Source: a virus. From it: DNA of 64,000 bases. Under the pieces are notes generated by a model. It had not been told where the DNA came from, did no database searches, and saw only the letters and a list, made by a program, of their open reading frames with translations. The first letter of the stretch is position 1, and each line of letters begins with the position of its first letter. A program made the position numbers and the translations under genes. Shown one piece after another: positions 1 to 8,848 of this stretch. Location of the stretch: positions 12,489-76,488 of IMG/VR virus record IMGVR_UViG_3300025128_006599; one strand, written 5' to 3'.

Positions 1-1110
1 GAGGAAAAAGAAGAAAAAATCACAGTAGAATTTTGGGATAAAGATACTCCAAAGGTATTATACACACACGAAGATATATCAGAATCAGGTGGTTGGTGTT
101 CACCGAATGCAAAGTATTTTGTGAATTGGAAAATAAAAATCTTTTATGGTGATGATTTAATTAAAGTTGAGGATTTTGATTTAAAAGATAAAAAGGTCAT
201 AATAGTTAATCAATCAGAATGTCTTGGTGATTCATTGGCTTGGGTTCCATATATAGACGAATTTAGAAAAAAATACAAATGTGATGTTACATACTCAACG
301 ATACATAGACAATTATTTTCTAATCAGTATAAAAAAATAAAATTTGTAACCTATACTGATAAAAATATTTCTGATGGAGATTTGGTTAAATTCGGATATG
401 ATGTGAAGTATGTTTTGGGTTGGTGGTTAGAGGAAGATGATTGTTTAAAACACATGAAAATAACTCGACCATTTGAATATCCTTTACAACAGGCACCGTG
501 TCATATTTTAAATTTACCATATAAGGAAATCAAACCTAAGATAAAACTTGGATACAAAAGACCAATTAAAGAAAAGTATGTTTGTATATCTACACAGGCA
601 ACAGGTAAATCAAAACTATGGAATAATCCTAATGGGTGGGAAGAGGTTGTGGATTATTTAACTCAACAAGGATATAAAGTTGTTGATATTGATAAAGAGA
701 AAGAATATGGAGTACCTGATGATTTCAAACACATTGATAAAGATATAAATGTTATACCCAAAAACGCAATAGACGATACGGGTAATAAACCATTATCACG
801 AAGAGTTAAATATTTAGAACATTGTGAATTCTTTATTGGATTACCATCAGGATTGAGTTGGTTGGCTTGGGCATCTAATTGTAAGACAATTATGATTTCT
901 GGTTTCTCAATGGATTATACCGAATTTAAACCTGATGTTAGAATACAAAATACTGATGTTTGTCACGGATGTTGGAACAAATACCCATTCGGTAGAGATG
1001 TTTGGGATTGGTGTCCTGAGTTTAAATTAACACCAAGAGAATTTGAATGTACTAAAAAAATTACATCAACTATGGTGATTGATGGAATTAAAAAATTATT
1101 AGAGAGTTAA
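1..1110 (+). CDS. Aah/TibC-family (autotransporter strand-loop-strand) protein O-heptosyltransferase, 5'-truncated by window edge
   Basis: Frame is open from base 1. Motifs SECLGDSLAWVPY, FFIGLPSGLSWLAWA, MISGFS and the Cys-rich iron finger CHGCWN..WCP..FECTK match the family. Confidence 0.85.
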   Translation, partial: EEKEEKITVEFWDKDTPKVLYTHEDISESGGWCSPNAKYFVNWKIKIFYGDDLIKVEDFDLKDKKVIIVNQSECLGDSLAWVPYIDEFRKKYKCDVTYSTIHRQLFSNQYKKIKFVTYTDKNISDGDLVKFGYDVKYVLGWWLEEDDCLKHMKITRPFEYPLQQAPCHILNLPYKEIKPKIKLGYKRPIKEKYVCISTQATGKSKLWNNPNGWEEVVDYLTQQGYKVVDIDKEKEYGVPDDFKHIDKDINVIPKNAIDDTGNKPLSRRVKYLEHCEFFIGLPSGLSWLAWASNCKTIMISGFSMDYTEFKPDVRIQNTDVCHGCWNKYPFGRDVWDWCPEFKLTPREFECTKKITSTMVIDGIKKLLES

Positions 1111-1112
1111 AT

Positions 1113-1985
1113 ATGAAATTTGATACTGAATTGACTATGAGTAAACCTTTTGGGCCGTGGATGTTAAAAGGAAAATTACCGAAAGAAATTTTGGATAAAA
1201 TGATAAGAATCACGGATAAGATAACTGATGATGTTAAAAAAATAAGTGCAGGCCCAGGACTTGTAGGAATCATAGATGATGAGCCATGGATTCCACCAGA
1301 GATATTGAAGGATGAGGGAGTATTTGAATTTTTTACTGACTTGGGTAGTTACTTCATAAGAGAAAGTATGGATAGGATTAAACTTCAAGACGATAGAGCA
1401 GAGGTCATTTTTAGTGGTGGATATGGCACACCCTCAACTAAAAAAACACCTGTTCAAGGAGATGAATCTACTGAGGTACGTCCGAACTTAAAAATAGAAC
1501 TTGACTCAATGTGGATTGTGAATCAAAAACAACACGAATATAATCCAGCCCATCTACATACTAATGCAACAGTTTCTTCGGTTATGTATTTAAAGATACC
1601 TGAAGTGATGAGAAAAAGAAACATAGTTGGTAAACAAGAAACGGATGGTCGGATAGAATTCATATATGGTGCAAGTGGTGAGGTGTGGAAAACTTTTGAT
1701 CCGGGTACAATGTCTGTTTTACCTGAAGTTGGGGATATATTTATGTGGCCTTCTGATTTGTTACATACGGTTTATCCATTTATTGGTGAGGGTATACGGA
1801 GGTCAGTTTCATATAATTTAAGACATGAATTTTTACCACCAAATGGTACTCATCATATAAAACCTGGTGAGGAGACTATAACTCACCAGAAAGAGGAAAA
1901 AATAATTTCATTGGAACAGGCCAGATTACAAACCAAAGTTGAGTTGTTGGAGGATAAGTTAAACAAATTACAGGATAAAAAATAA
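1113..1985 (+). CDS. 2OG-Fe(II) oxygenase (TIGR02466-like)
   Basis: WIVNQ..EYNPAHLH, SSVMYL, P-x-VGDIFMWPSDLLHTVYPF..RRSVSYN. Confidence 0.8.
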   Translation: MKFDTELTMSKPFGPWMLKGKLPKEILDKMIRITDKITDDVKKISAGPGLVGIIDDEPWIPPEILKDEGVFEFFTDLGSYFIRESMDRIKLQDDRAEVIFSGGYGTPSTKKTPVQGDESTEVRPNLKIELDSMWIVNQKQHEYNPAHLHTNATVSSVMYLKIPEVMRKRNIVGKQETDGRIEFIYGASGEVWKTFDPGTMSVLPEVGDIFMWPSDLLHTVYPFIGEGIRRSVSYNLRHEFLPPNGTHHIKPGEETITHQKEEKIISLEQARLQTKVELLEDKLNKLQDKK

Positions 1986-3049
1986 TGAGGGTAATCAACA
2001 ATAGAATTGATGGTAAGATTTATGATGCGTATTATTCCACTGGTGGTGGAACATTAGTTGGTGGTGGAAGTGATGTTTGGGTGAATCATTGGATAAAAGA
2101 AATTTCACCACATTTAGAAGTACAACCGGTATTATTGATTCATCGTGTCAGACCAACCGATACAACTATTGAAGAACAAGATAAATTATTTAAAGAACTT
2201 AATCCTAATTTAAAGGTTCTTTGGCAAGGTGATGATATACATTATTTTGGTAGTGTGTTGAAGAGTGCTCGTAGAATAAATATTCTACATGGATATTATG
2301 CACCACATAAATATATTACTGATAACAAGGATAAGATACATAGTACTGCTGTTCATTGTAATGTGAATAAAAATCTAAAAGCTAACGTAAAATTAGGACT
2401 TGAACATTCAAGACATTTTTACATGGATCCTCGTTGGGAAGATGAAATTGTAAAATTATCAAAATATCCTTTTTGGATTGGTATTGATTCACCCGATTTA
2501 GAAAATCATCATGACCATTTATTACACATTCCAAATTTTTATGAATTTAAACATAATTTAGATGTAACCGATAATAATAAAGTTGGATTTGCCTCAAGAA
2601 TGGAGACACGAAAATGTCCACATTATTTACAACGAATACCAAGTGTTTTATGTACCGAATCTAAGGATGTACATTGGTGGGTAAAAAATTTAAATTGTGA
2701 TATTAGAGGTTGGAAAATTTATAAATTTAATTACAAGATGTTGGATAAGTTTTATAGATTAGATTGGGGAATATCACATTCAGCTCATATCTACGAACCA
2801 TTTGGTTATAGTATATTTCAGGCATTAGATTATGGTAAAATGCCAATTTTATCAAGAGATTGGTATACAGATATTGATTATCCTTATAGAGCTTTTGGAA
2901 TGCATGAATTTTATCATGAGTGGAAAAGGGTATGTGAATTGTCTGTAGAGGCACGTAGAGAATGGGTTTTCTTATTAAGGGAATATTTTAAAAAGTATGA
3001 TGATAAAAAAAGATGGACAGAACAATTGTTAGAAATATACAATAAGTGA
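1985..3049 (+). CDS. GT4-like (GT-B) glycosyltransferase
   Basis: N-terminal GGGSDVW; C-terminal EPFGYSIFQALDYGKMPI resembles the GT4 E-x7 motif. Confidence 0.7.
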   Translation: MRVINNRIDGKIYDAYYSTGGGTLVGGGSDVWVNHWIKEISPHLEVQPVLLIHRVRPTDTTIEEQDKLFKELNPNLKVLWQGDDIHYFGSVLKSARRINILHGYYAPHKYITDNKDKIHSTAVHCNVNKNLKANVKLGLEHSRHFYMDPRWEDEIVKLSKYPFWIGIDSPDLENHHDHLLHIPNFYEFKHNLDVTDNNKVGFASRMETRKCPHYLQRIPSVLCTESKDVHWWVKNLNCDIRGWKIYKFNYKMLDKFYRLDWGISHSAHIYEPFGYSIFQALDYGKMPILSRDWYTDIDYPYRAFGMHEFYHEWKRVCELSVEARREWVFLLREYFKKYDDKKRWTEQLLEIYNK

Positions 3050-3057
3050 TATTTATT
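3048..3057 (+). promoter_or_regulatory. Putative late promoter motif GATATTTAT
   Basis: Recurrent intergenic TATTTAT motif, about 24 nt upstream of the TTG start at 3081, followed by SD GGAGA. Confidence 0.55.
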
Positions 3058-3080
3058 ATTGAAATATAACGGAGAAAAAA

Positions 3081-4145
3081 TTGGCAACAACAGCAAATCA
3101 AAATTTAAGTTTGGGAAAGTTACAAAGAGCAATTAGTTCATCTCATGGAGATTATACAAGTGAATATAAATTATCACTTGCTAATGCTGGTGCTGAAGTA
3201 CAAATGAGTGATTTTTCAATTAGTAGTTGTGGAAGTGCTTTGGGTGGATATGAATATCTGTGGGAACAAACTAAAGAGGGATACTTTATTGATATTCAAA
3301 ATGCAGGAGACCTTTGGATTTCCGCGATTGGTTCCAATAATGACCATTTTACTTGGGACAATGGTTTAGCAGCAAACTCAGTATTATCTGCACCAGACCT
3401 ACACGGATATTCTGCATCATTCTCATCATCTGCAATTTCAAATGCACGTACGGGTGATGGTAGTGAAAACCCATTTCCTGCTGGTTCAAATAATTTTTTA
3501 GCTGTGATTACTGGATCTTATGCTGATGATAAACAATCAGATGGATATAATGACCACGCAACAAACTATAATACTGATCTTTTCAAAAGTATTACGATTG
3601 TAGATAGTTATGGTGGTTCACCAACTTGTTTATTAGAGGGAACACCTATTGATATGGCAGATGGAACTACAAAAAATGTAGAGGATTTACAAATTGGTGA
3701 TTGGATATTATCAATGAACATGCCAGGTCAGTTAGATGAAGATGAACGAAATTGGCAAAAATGTAGATTTCCTGACTCTGATGATTTCACACAACATTCA
3801 GCAAGTGTTCAAGATATTAACTTCGATTTTTCTTATAATTATTGGAATATAAATAACGGACAAGAGTTAATTACTGGTGAACATGAAATGTTATATAGAC
3901 CACCACTAGCCTCAGGTGATTATGCATATGAACAACAATGGGGATGGTTGTACGTACCCAATATGTTGGTTGGTGGTAGTTTAATGGATAAAAATGGAAA
4001 TGCTGTAGAAATAACCTCGTTAGAAAATATAGTAGACCAAGATGAGGGATTTGAAGTAGTGCAAATTGATGTTGAACCATTGGATGTGTATTTTGGTAAA
4101 ACATTCTTAGTACATAACAAAGGAAGTGACGACGATCCATTCTAA
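3081..4145 (+). CDS. Ser/Gly-rich putative virion protein with C-terminal Hint domain (3627-4118)
   Basis: Block A CLLEGTPIDMADGTTKNVEDLQIGD, block B ITGEH, terminal FLVHN followed by 8 aa KGSDDDPF. Confidence 0.85.
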   Translation: MATTANQNLSLGKLQRAISSSHGDYTSEYKLSLANAGAEVQMSDFSISSCGSALGGYEYLWEQTKEGYFIDIQNAGDLWISAIGSNNDHFTWDNGLAANSVLSAPDLHGYSASFSSSAISNARTGDGSENPFPAGSNNFLAVITGSYADDKQSDGYNDHATNYNTDLFKSITIVDSYGGSPTCLLEGTPIDMADGTTKNVEDLQIGDWILSMNMPGQLDEDERNWQKCRFPDSDDFTQHSASVQDINFDFSYNYWNINNGQELITGEHEMLYRPPLASGDYAYEQQWGWLYVPNMLVGGSLMDKNGNAVEITSLENIVDQDEGFEVVQIDVEPLDVYFGKTFLVHNKGSDDDPF

Positions 4146-4196
4146 TAAAAATAATTTTAAAGGTTTTAAATATCTTTTACTTAAAGGACAAACAGT

Positions 4197-4916
4197 ATGA
4201 TTTGGTTATCACGTGTTCATAAACATACAGAATTAAAAGAATATATATTAGATTATATAGAAACTACTGAAAATAAAGATATAGATTTTGAAAAAGTTTC
4301 CGTATCTGATTATCATTCACAAAATCCTTATGATCAAGAACAAAAAGCATTAGAAAAGAAGGCTTGGTTAAGTCAAAAAAACGAACCTTCTTGTGAAAAT
4401 GATCCTGATAAGTGGGAACCAGATTGGGGTAGATTATCTCAAAGATATGCAAATATAAATGATGAGGAAAATAATCTACATCTTGGGCCAATCCCATTTA
4501 AAAATCCACCACCATATCAAGATAAAGTTGTTAAAGCTATACACGAAAATCTTTATATTGCATTAGAGGGTATGAAATGTTTTGAATATAAGATTAGTAA
4601 TATGTGGTTTCATCAATATAATAAAGAAAGTTTTTTTGATTGGCACACACATCCACAATCAAATTATTCTGCAGTTTATTTTGTTGAATTACCATCAGAT
4701 GAACTTGCTACTGAGATATATGGTGTAAAAAAATTAAAACCACGTGAGGGTGATTTATTAGTTTTTCCTGGTTTTTTACCTCATAGGTCACCAGTCAATA
4801 ATACTGATTCTCGTAAAACCATAATATCTATGAATTTTGATGTTAATTGTTCTCCTACTGATTTTCCTGATTGGAAAGAGAGAAAAAATAAAATGATAGA
4901 AGAACGTTTAAAATAA
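4197..4916 (+). CDS. 2OG-Fe(II) oxygenase
   Basis: MWFHQY..DWHTHP..YSAVYFVE, EGDLLVFPGFLPHRSP..RKTIISMN. Confidence 0.8.
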   Translation: MIWLSRVHKHTELKEYILDYIETTENKDIDFEKVSVSDYHSQNPYDQEQKALEKKAWLSQKNEPSCENDPDKWEPDWGRLSQRYANINDEENNLHLGPIPFKNPPPYQDKVVKAIHENLYIALEGMKCFEYKISNMWFHQYNKESFFDWHTHPQSNYSAVYFVELPSDELATEIYGVKKLKPREGDLLVFPGFLPHRSPVNNTDSRKTIISMNFDVNCSPTDFPDWKERKNKMIEERLK

Positions 4917-4919
4917 AAA

Positions 4920-5636
4920 ATGAGTATTTTAAATTATGATTATATAAAAACTCACATAACTACGAATAATGGAGAAGAAGTTCCTTATCGATGGTCTCAT
5001 GGTGCAAGTGATATGCATCTTGGTGATGGATTAATAATCTACACACTAATAAATTTCTTTAGATTCAAATCATTAGTATGTTTAGGAAGTGGTGGTGGAT
5101 TCATACCAAGAATAATGACACAAGCTCGATATGATTTATCTGAACAAGGATTTTATAGTGATGTATGTATGGAGTGGGGAGATAATGGAAGTACTTATCT
5201 TGTAGATGCTGTAAATGGTTTTAATGGTGAGGTAGATTGGGAAGATAAAGAAAGTTTACTTCGTAGACATTTTCATCCAAAGTTTATAAAAGATACTACA
5301 GAAAATGCTTACTACAATTTTTTTGTTAAACAAGATATAAAAATAGATTTACTACATATAGATGCAGACCATACTTTTGAGGGTGTAAAAAAAGACTTTG
5401 ATTTGTATTCAAAGATTATGAACAAAGGTGGTATTATCACTATACACGATACAGATAAAAATTATGTGGATAATTTTGTAGAAATAGACGGACACGAGGG
5501 AGATGATTTAACTGGCCCGAGTGAATTTATTAAAACAATAGATAAAAGAAAGTTTGAAGTTTTGAACTTCTTTAATCATGGGATTAGAAAAGATAAACCA
5601 AGTTCAACAGGCTTAACAATTATAAGAAAAAAATGA
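4920..5636 (+). CDS. Class I SAM methyltransferase (Methyltransf_24-like)
   Basis: VCLGSGGG motif I; IDLLHIDADHTFEGVKKD..GGIITIHD. Confidence 0.85.
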   Translation: MSILNYDYIKTHITTNNGEEVPYRWSHGASDMHLGDGLIIYTLINFFRFKSLVCLGSGGGFIPRIMTQARYDLSEQGFYSDVCMEWGDNGSTYLVDAVNGFNGEVDWEDKESLLRRHFHPKFIKDTTENAYYNFFVKQDIKIDLLHIDADHTFEGVKKDFDLYSKIMNKGGIITIHDTDKNYVDNFVEIDGHEGDDLTGPSEFIKTIDKRKFEVLNFFNHGIRKDKPSSTGLTIIRKK

Positions 5637-6472
5637 ATTTAGTTACGGTATGTGGTCACAATACCACAATGTTATACCATATGTTACGACATTATTATCC
5701 ATATGTCAAGGATTTTTTTGTAATAATTTATGCACACCATAAAAATGATCCTGTTATAGAGGAGGCAACTTCTATATTGGATAAACTTAATTTAAAACCA
5801 CATAAGATTGCAATAGAAGAACCATTTAATTGGAATCGTGTAACAGAACTTTACAATGAAACTAAAAGATTAAAACCAGATGAATGGTGGATAGTGGCGG
5901 ATGATGATGAATTACAATTATATTTAAAACCAATTCAAGATATAGTTTATGAGTGTGAGGATAGTGGTTGGGAATTTGTAACAGGAGGTTTTATAGATAG
6001 AATAGGTGAAAATGGAACATTTCCCAAGATAAATGATGATAGTGATATTTGGAAAGAGATGCCAAATGCTGGGTTTTTTCGATATCCATTAAGTTTAGCA
6101 AATCCAAATAAAGTTACTTTAATGAAAGGTAGTGTAGATGTTGTATCTGGTCAACATTATGTAGATTTTGGTGATGGAAAAAACTCTTGGGGAACATCCC
6201 ATCCAAAAAGATATCCGATTGAAAAGAACTTTACACAAGTTCATCACTTTAAATGGGACTATTCGGTATTACAAAGACTTAAAGAGGTTAGTAAGTCTAA
6301 CTTGATAGAGTCATTTTCAGAAGAATATAAAAAAATGTTGTCTGCAATTGAATACTTGGACTATAAAATGGATTTGGGTGAAAGGGAATATATGTTTCAA
6401 AGAGTAGATAAACCAAACTATAATTCTTATAGGTATTGGGATAGATTAAGAAAGATAATAACGGAAATTTGA
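5633..6472 (+). CDS. GT2-like glycosyltransferase
   Basis: MLRHY, EWWIVADDDE (DxD), GQH, VHHFKW pattern of Glyco_tranf_2_4-type enzymes. Confidence 0.7.
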   Translation: MNLVTVCGHNTTMLYHMLRHYYPYVKDFFVIIYAHHKNDPVIEEATSILDKLNLKPHKIAIEEPFNWNRVTELYNETKRLKPDEWWIVADDDELQLYLKPIQDIVYECEDSGWEFVTGGFIDRIGENGTFPKINDDSDIWKEMPNAGFFRYPLSLANPNKVTLMKGSVDVVSGQHYVDFGDGKNSWGTSHPKRYPIEKNFTQVHHFKWDYSVLQRLKEVSKSNLIESFSEEYKKMLSAIEYLDYKMDLGEREYMFQRVDKPNYNSYRYWDRLRKIITEI

Positions 6473-6473
6473 T

Positions 6474-7445
6474 ATGAGATTTGAAAGTGTGGGTACAGAA
6501 TCAGTTCGTATTGGTATGAACAATAAAATGGGTTCAACATCTATTAAGTCATTAGATGGTTTAAAAACTTTTGAAACTTTTGACAAGGATAAAATTACGA
6601 TAGTTTTATTGAGAAACACATACGACAAGTTTAAAAGTGGTTATTTACAAGAATTAAATGGATTCTTTACCTTTGAACCACCACCATTAACTAATTATTT
6701 ATTAAATTCAGAATCAATAGATGATAAAATATCTACTTCGGATAAATCTGTTGAAGAGATACTAAAAAATTTATATGGTGGTAATGCATCATACGAAAAT
6801 TTACAAATGTTTGGATTTACAACAAACCCTAATATGACAAAATTTTGGAATAAATTTTCTAAAGGATATTATAAAACATTTATACATGATGATGATGTTA
6901 CTCGTGATGGTATAGATATTATTGCTAACCTACATGATATTAATAAAAACATCGGTTGGATGTATTATAATCATGGGATATTTTGGAAGTGGAATAACTT
7001 TAATGATATTTCGTTGTTTGAATTAGGACAGCTTCCAAACGTGTATTTTTTAGAATTAAAAGATTTAAGTAATCCAAAGTTTTTAGAGTGGTTAAAAAGT
7101 AAAGACGGTGATTGGGAAATAGTACAGGAAATTCCACATAAAAATGTAAAGTCAAATACTATTTTAGAAAAACAATTAAATGTATTTTGGAAAGAATATT
7201 ATAGTGATGATATCTTACCAGGTAGAAAATTATTTAACCCATTGAGTGAATCCAACTTTTCTTTTAATACATTTACAAATCCTAAACGAGTTTTAGGTGG
7301 TGATATTGATGCACATTCATTTCTTTTACATACCATACCAGTAAAAAACTTTACACCAATCAATATGTTAAAGTTTATATTGAACTCACAACAAAAAGAA
7401 GTGGATTACATACGAAAATTTAATAAAAGATATATAACATTATGA
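6474..7445 (+). CDS. Divergent sulfotransferase-like protein (paralog of 28239-29051)
   Basis: KMGSTS (5'-PAPS loop-like) and LRNTYDKFKSG (3'-PB-like). Confidence 0.5.
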   Translation: MRFESVGTESVRIGMNNKMGSTSIKSLDGLKTFETFDKDKITIVLLRNTYDKFKSGYLQELNGFFTFEPPPLTNYLLNSESIDDKISTSDKSVEEILKNLYGGNASYENLQMFGFTTNPNMTKFWNKFSKGYYKTFIHDDDVTRDGIDIIANLHDINKNIGWMYYNHGIFWKWNNFNDISLFELGQLPNVYFLELKDLSNPKFLEWLKSKDGDWEIVQEIPHKNVKSNTILEKQLNVFWKEYYSDDILPGRKLFNPLSESNFSFNTFTNPKRVLGGDIDAHSFLLHTIPVKNFTPINMLKFILNSQQKEVDYIRKFNKRYITL

Positions 7446-8251
7446 TTAAAGAACAATTTGAAGAACAAAAATATTTACAACTTAAAGATTTTCTTAATGA
7501 AGACGAAAAAAATAAACTAACACAAGTAATTGAAGAATTAGAGAATCATAAATTTTGTAACAAAACAACTTCAGCAAACAATCACTATGTTGAAAATACA
7601 GGAAGAAGACAGGCCATATTATTTTCTGAAAATTTTAATACACAAGATGTTAATCTTGTAGAGGAGATTCGTGATTGGTTCAAAATTTCGGTTGATAAAT
7701 TGTTTCCAATAGTTTTACCTAAAGTGGATTCAGTTTTCAGAGAGTTGGGATATGATAATTTAAGATTATTGAGAACAACTATACATTATATTCCACCTGA
7801 AGAACAGGCTCAAAATATTCATCATGATGGTGATGCATTAGAAAAAACATTTTTTGTAAGTATTCCATTACACGATACTAATCCTGAACAAGGCACTACT
7901 GAATTATATAATGATAAATATGTTGGACATATAAGAGATAATTATGGAATTTATTCTTGGAGTAAATTAAAAATAATGTGGTCGGATGCTAAAACTAAAG
8001 AATTATTAAAAAAGGCAAAAAACAATAATGTTTACAATTATGGTGATGCCATTCTCTATAGGGATATAACATTTCACAGAGGGGGTACGAATAACAGTAA
8101 TATAGTTAGAAAATTTTTACATTTATTTCTAACTTATTCTGATACAAAGTGGGTTGATTATTATGATTTTACGAATACCGGTGGACTTAAAATGATACGG
8201 TCAGACAGTTATTTTGGAGATAGGTCTAAGATATCAAGTGGATATAATTAA
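7442..8251 (+). CDS. PhyH-family 2OG-Fe(II) dioxygenase
   Basis: QNIHHD, VSIPLHDT..QGTTE, GDAILY..TFHRGGTNNSNIVR. Confidence 0.8.
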   Translation: MIKEQFEEQKYLQLKDFLNEDEKNKLTQVIEELENHKFCNKTTSANNHYVENTGRRQAILFSENFNTQDVNLVEEIRDWFKISVDKLFPIVLPKVDSVFRELGYDNLRLLRTTIHYIPPEEQAQNIHHDGDALEKTFFVSIPLHDTNPEQGTTELYNDKYVGHIRDNYGIYSWSKLKIMWSDAKTKELLKKAKNNNVYNYGDAILYRDITFHRGGTNNSNIVRKFLHLFLTYSDTKWVDYYDFTNTGGLKMIRSDSYFGDRSKISSGYN

Positions 8252-8793
8252 TGTATATTGACCATGATAATAAACGAGTTTTCATTCACATACCTCGTAC
8301 TGGTGGTACAAGTATAAAGTCTGTACTAAATCTACATGATAAAATTTATAAAAAAGACGTTTATCATATGTCTGCAAATGAAATACCTAAAGAGTGTAAA
8401 GATTATTTTAAATTTGCATTTGTAAGAAATCCATTTGATAGGTTTGTTTCTTTGTATTTTTATAATAAATCTGATTATTATAAGGAGTTATTTCCAAAAA
8501 ATGAAACAACTTTGGTTGCAAAGAAGTATAATTTTAAAGAATGGTTAGATAATTTCCCATACAGACATATTCAACAAGTTGATTTTGGTTTAGAAAAATT
8601 AGATTATATTGGAAGATATGAAAATTTAGATTATGAGTTGGATGTAGTTTTCAACACTAAAGTAAATAAAGAAAATACTACTAAACACAACCATTATAGT
8701 TTTTACTATGATGATGAAAGTATTGAAAAAGTACGAGAATTATCATCAAAAGATATAGAAGTATATAATTATAGTTATAATGAAGATAAATGA
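8251..8793 (+). CDS. Sulfotransferase (Sulfotransfer_2 family)
   Basis: FIHIPRTGGTSI, FAFVRNPFDRFVSLY, DYIGRYENL. Confidence 0.9.
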   Translation: MYIDHDNKRVFIHIPRTGGTSIKSVLNLHDKIYKKDVYHMSANEIPKECKDYFKFAFVRNPFDRFVSLYFYNKSDYYKELFPKNETTLVAKKYNFKEWLDNFPYRHIQQVDFGLEKLDYIGRYENLDYELDVVFNTKVNKENTTKHNHYSFYYDDESIEKVRELSSKDIEVYNYSYNEDK

Positions 8794-8801
8794 TGGTTAT
8801 T

Positions 8802-8811
8802 GATATTTATC
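8802..8811 (+). promoter_or_regulatory. Putative late promoter motif GATATTTAT (inside inverted repeat ATTGATA-TT-TATCAAT)
   Basis: Recurrent intergenic motif upstream of 8849. Confidence 0.55.
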
Positions 8812-8848
8812 AATATATAATGTTTTCGAAAATTAAGGCGCAAAATTT

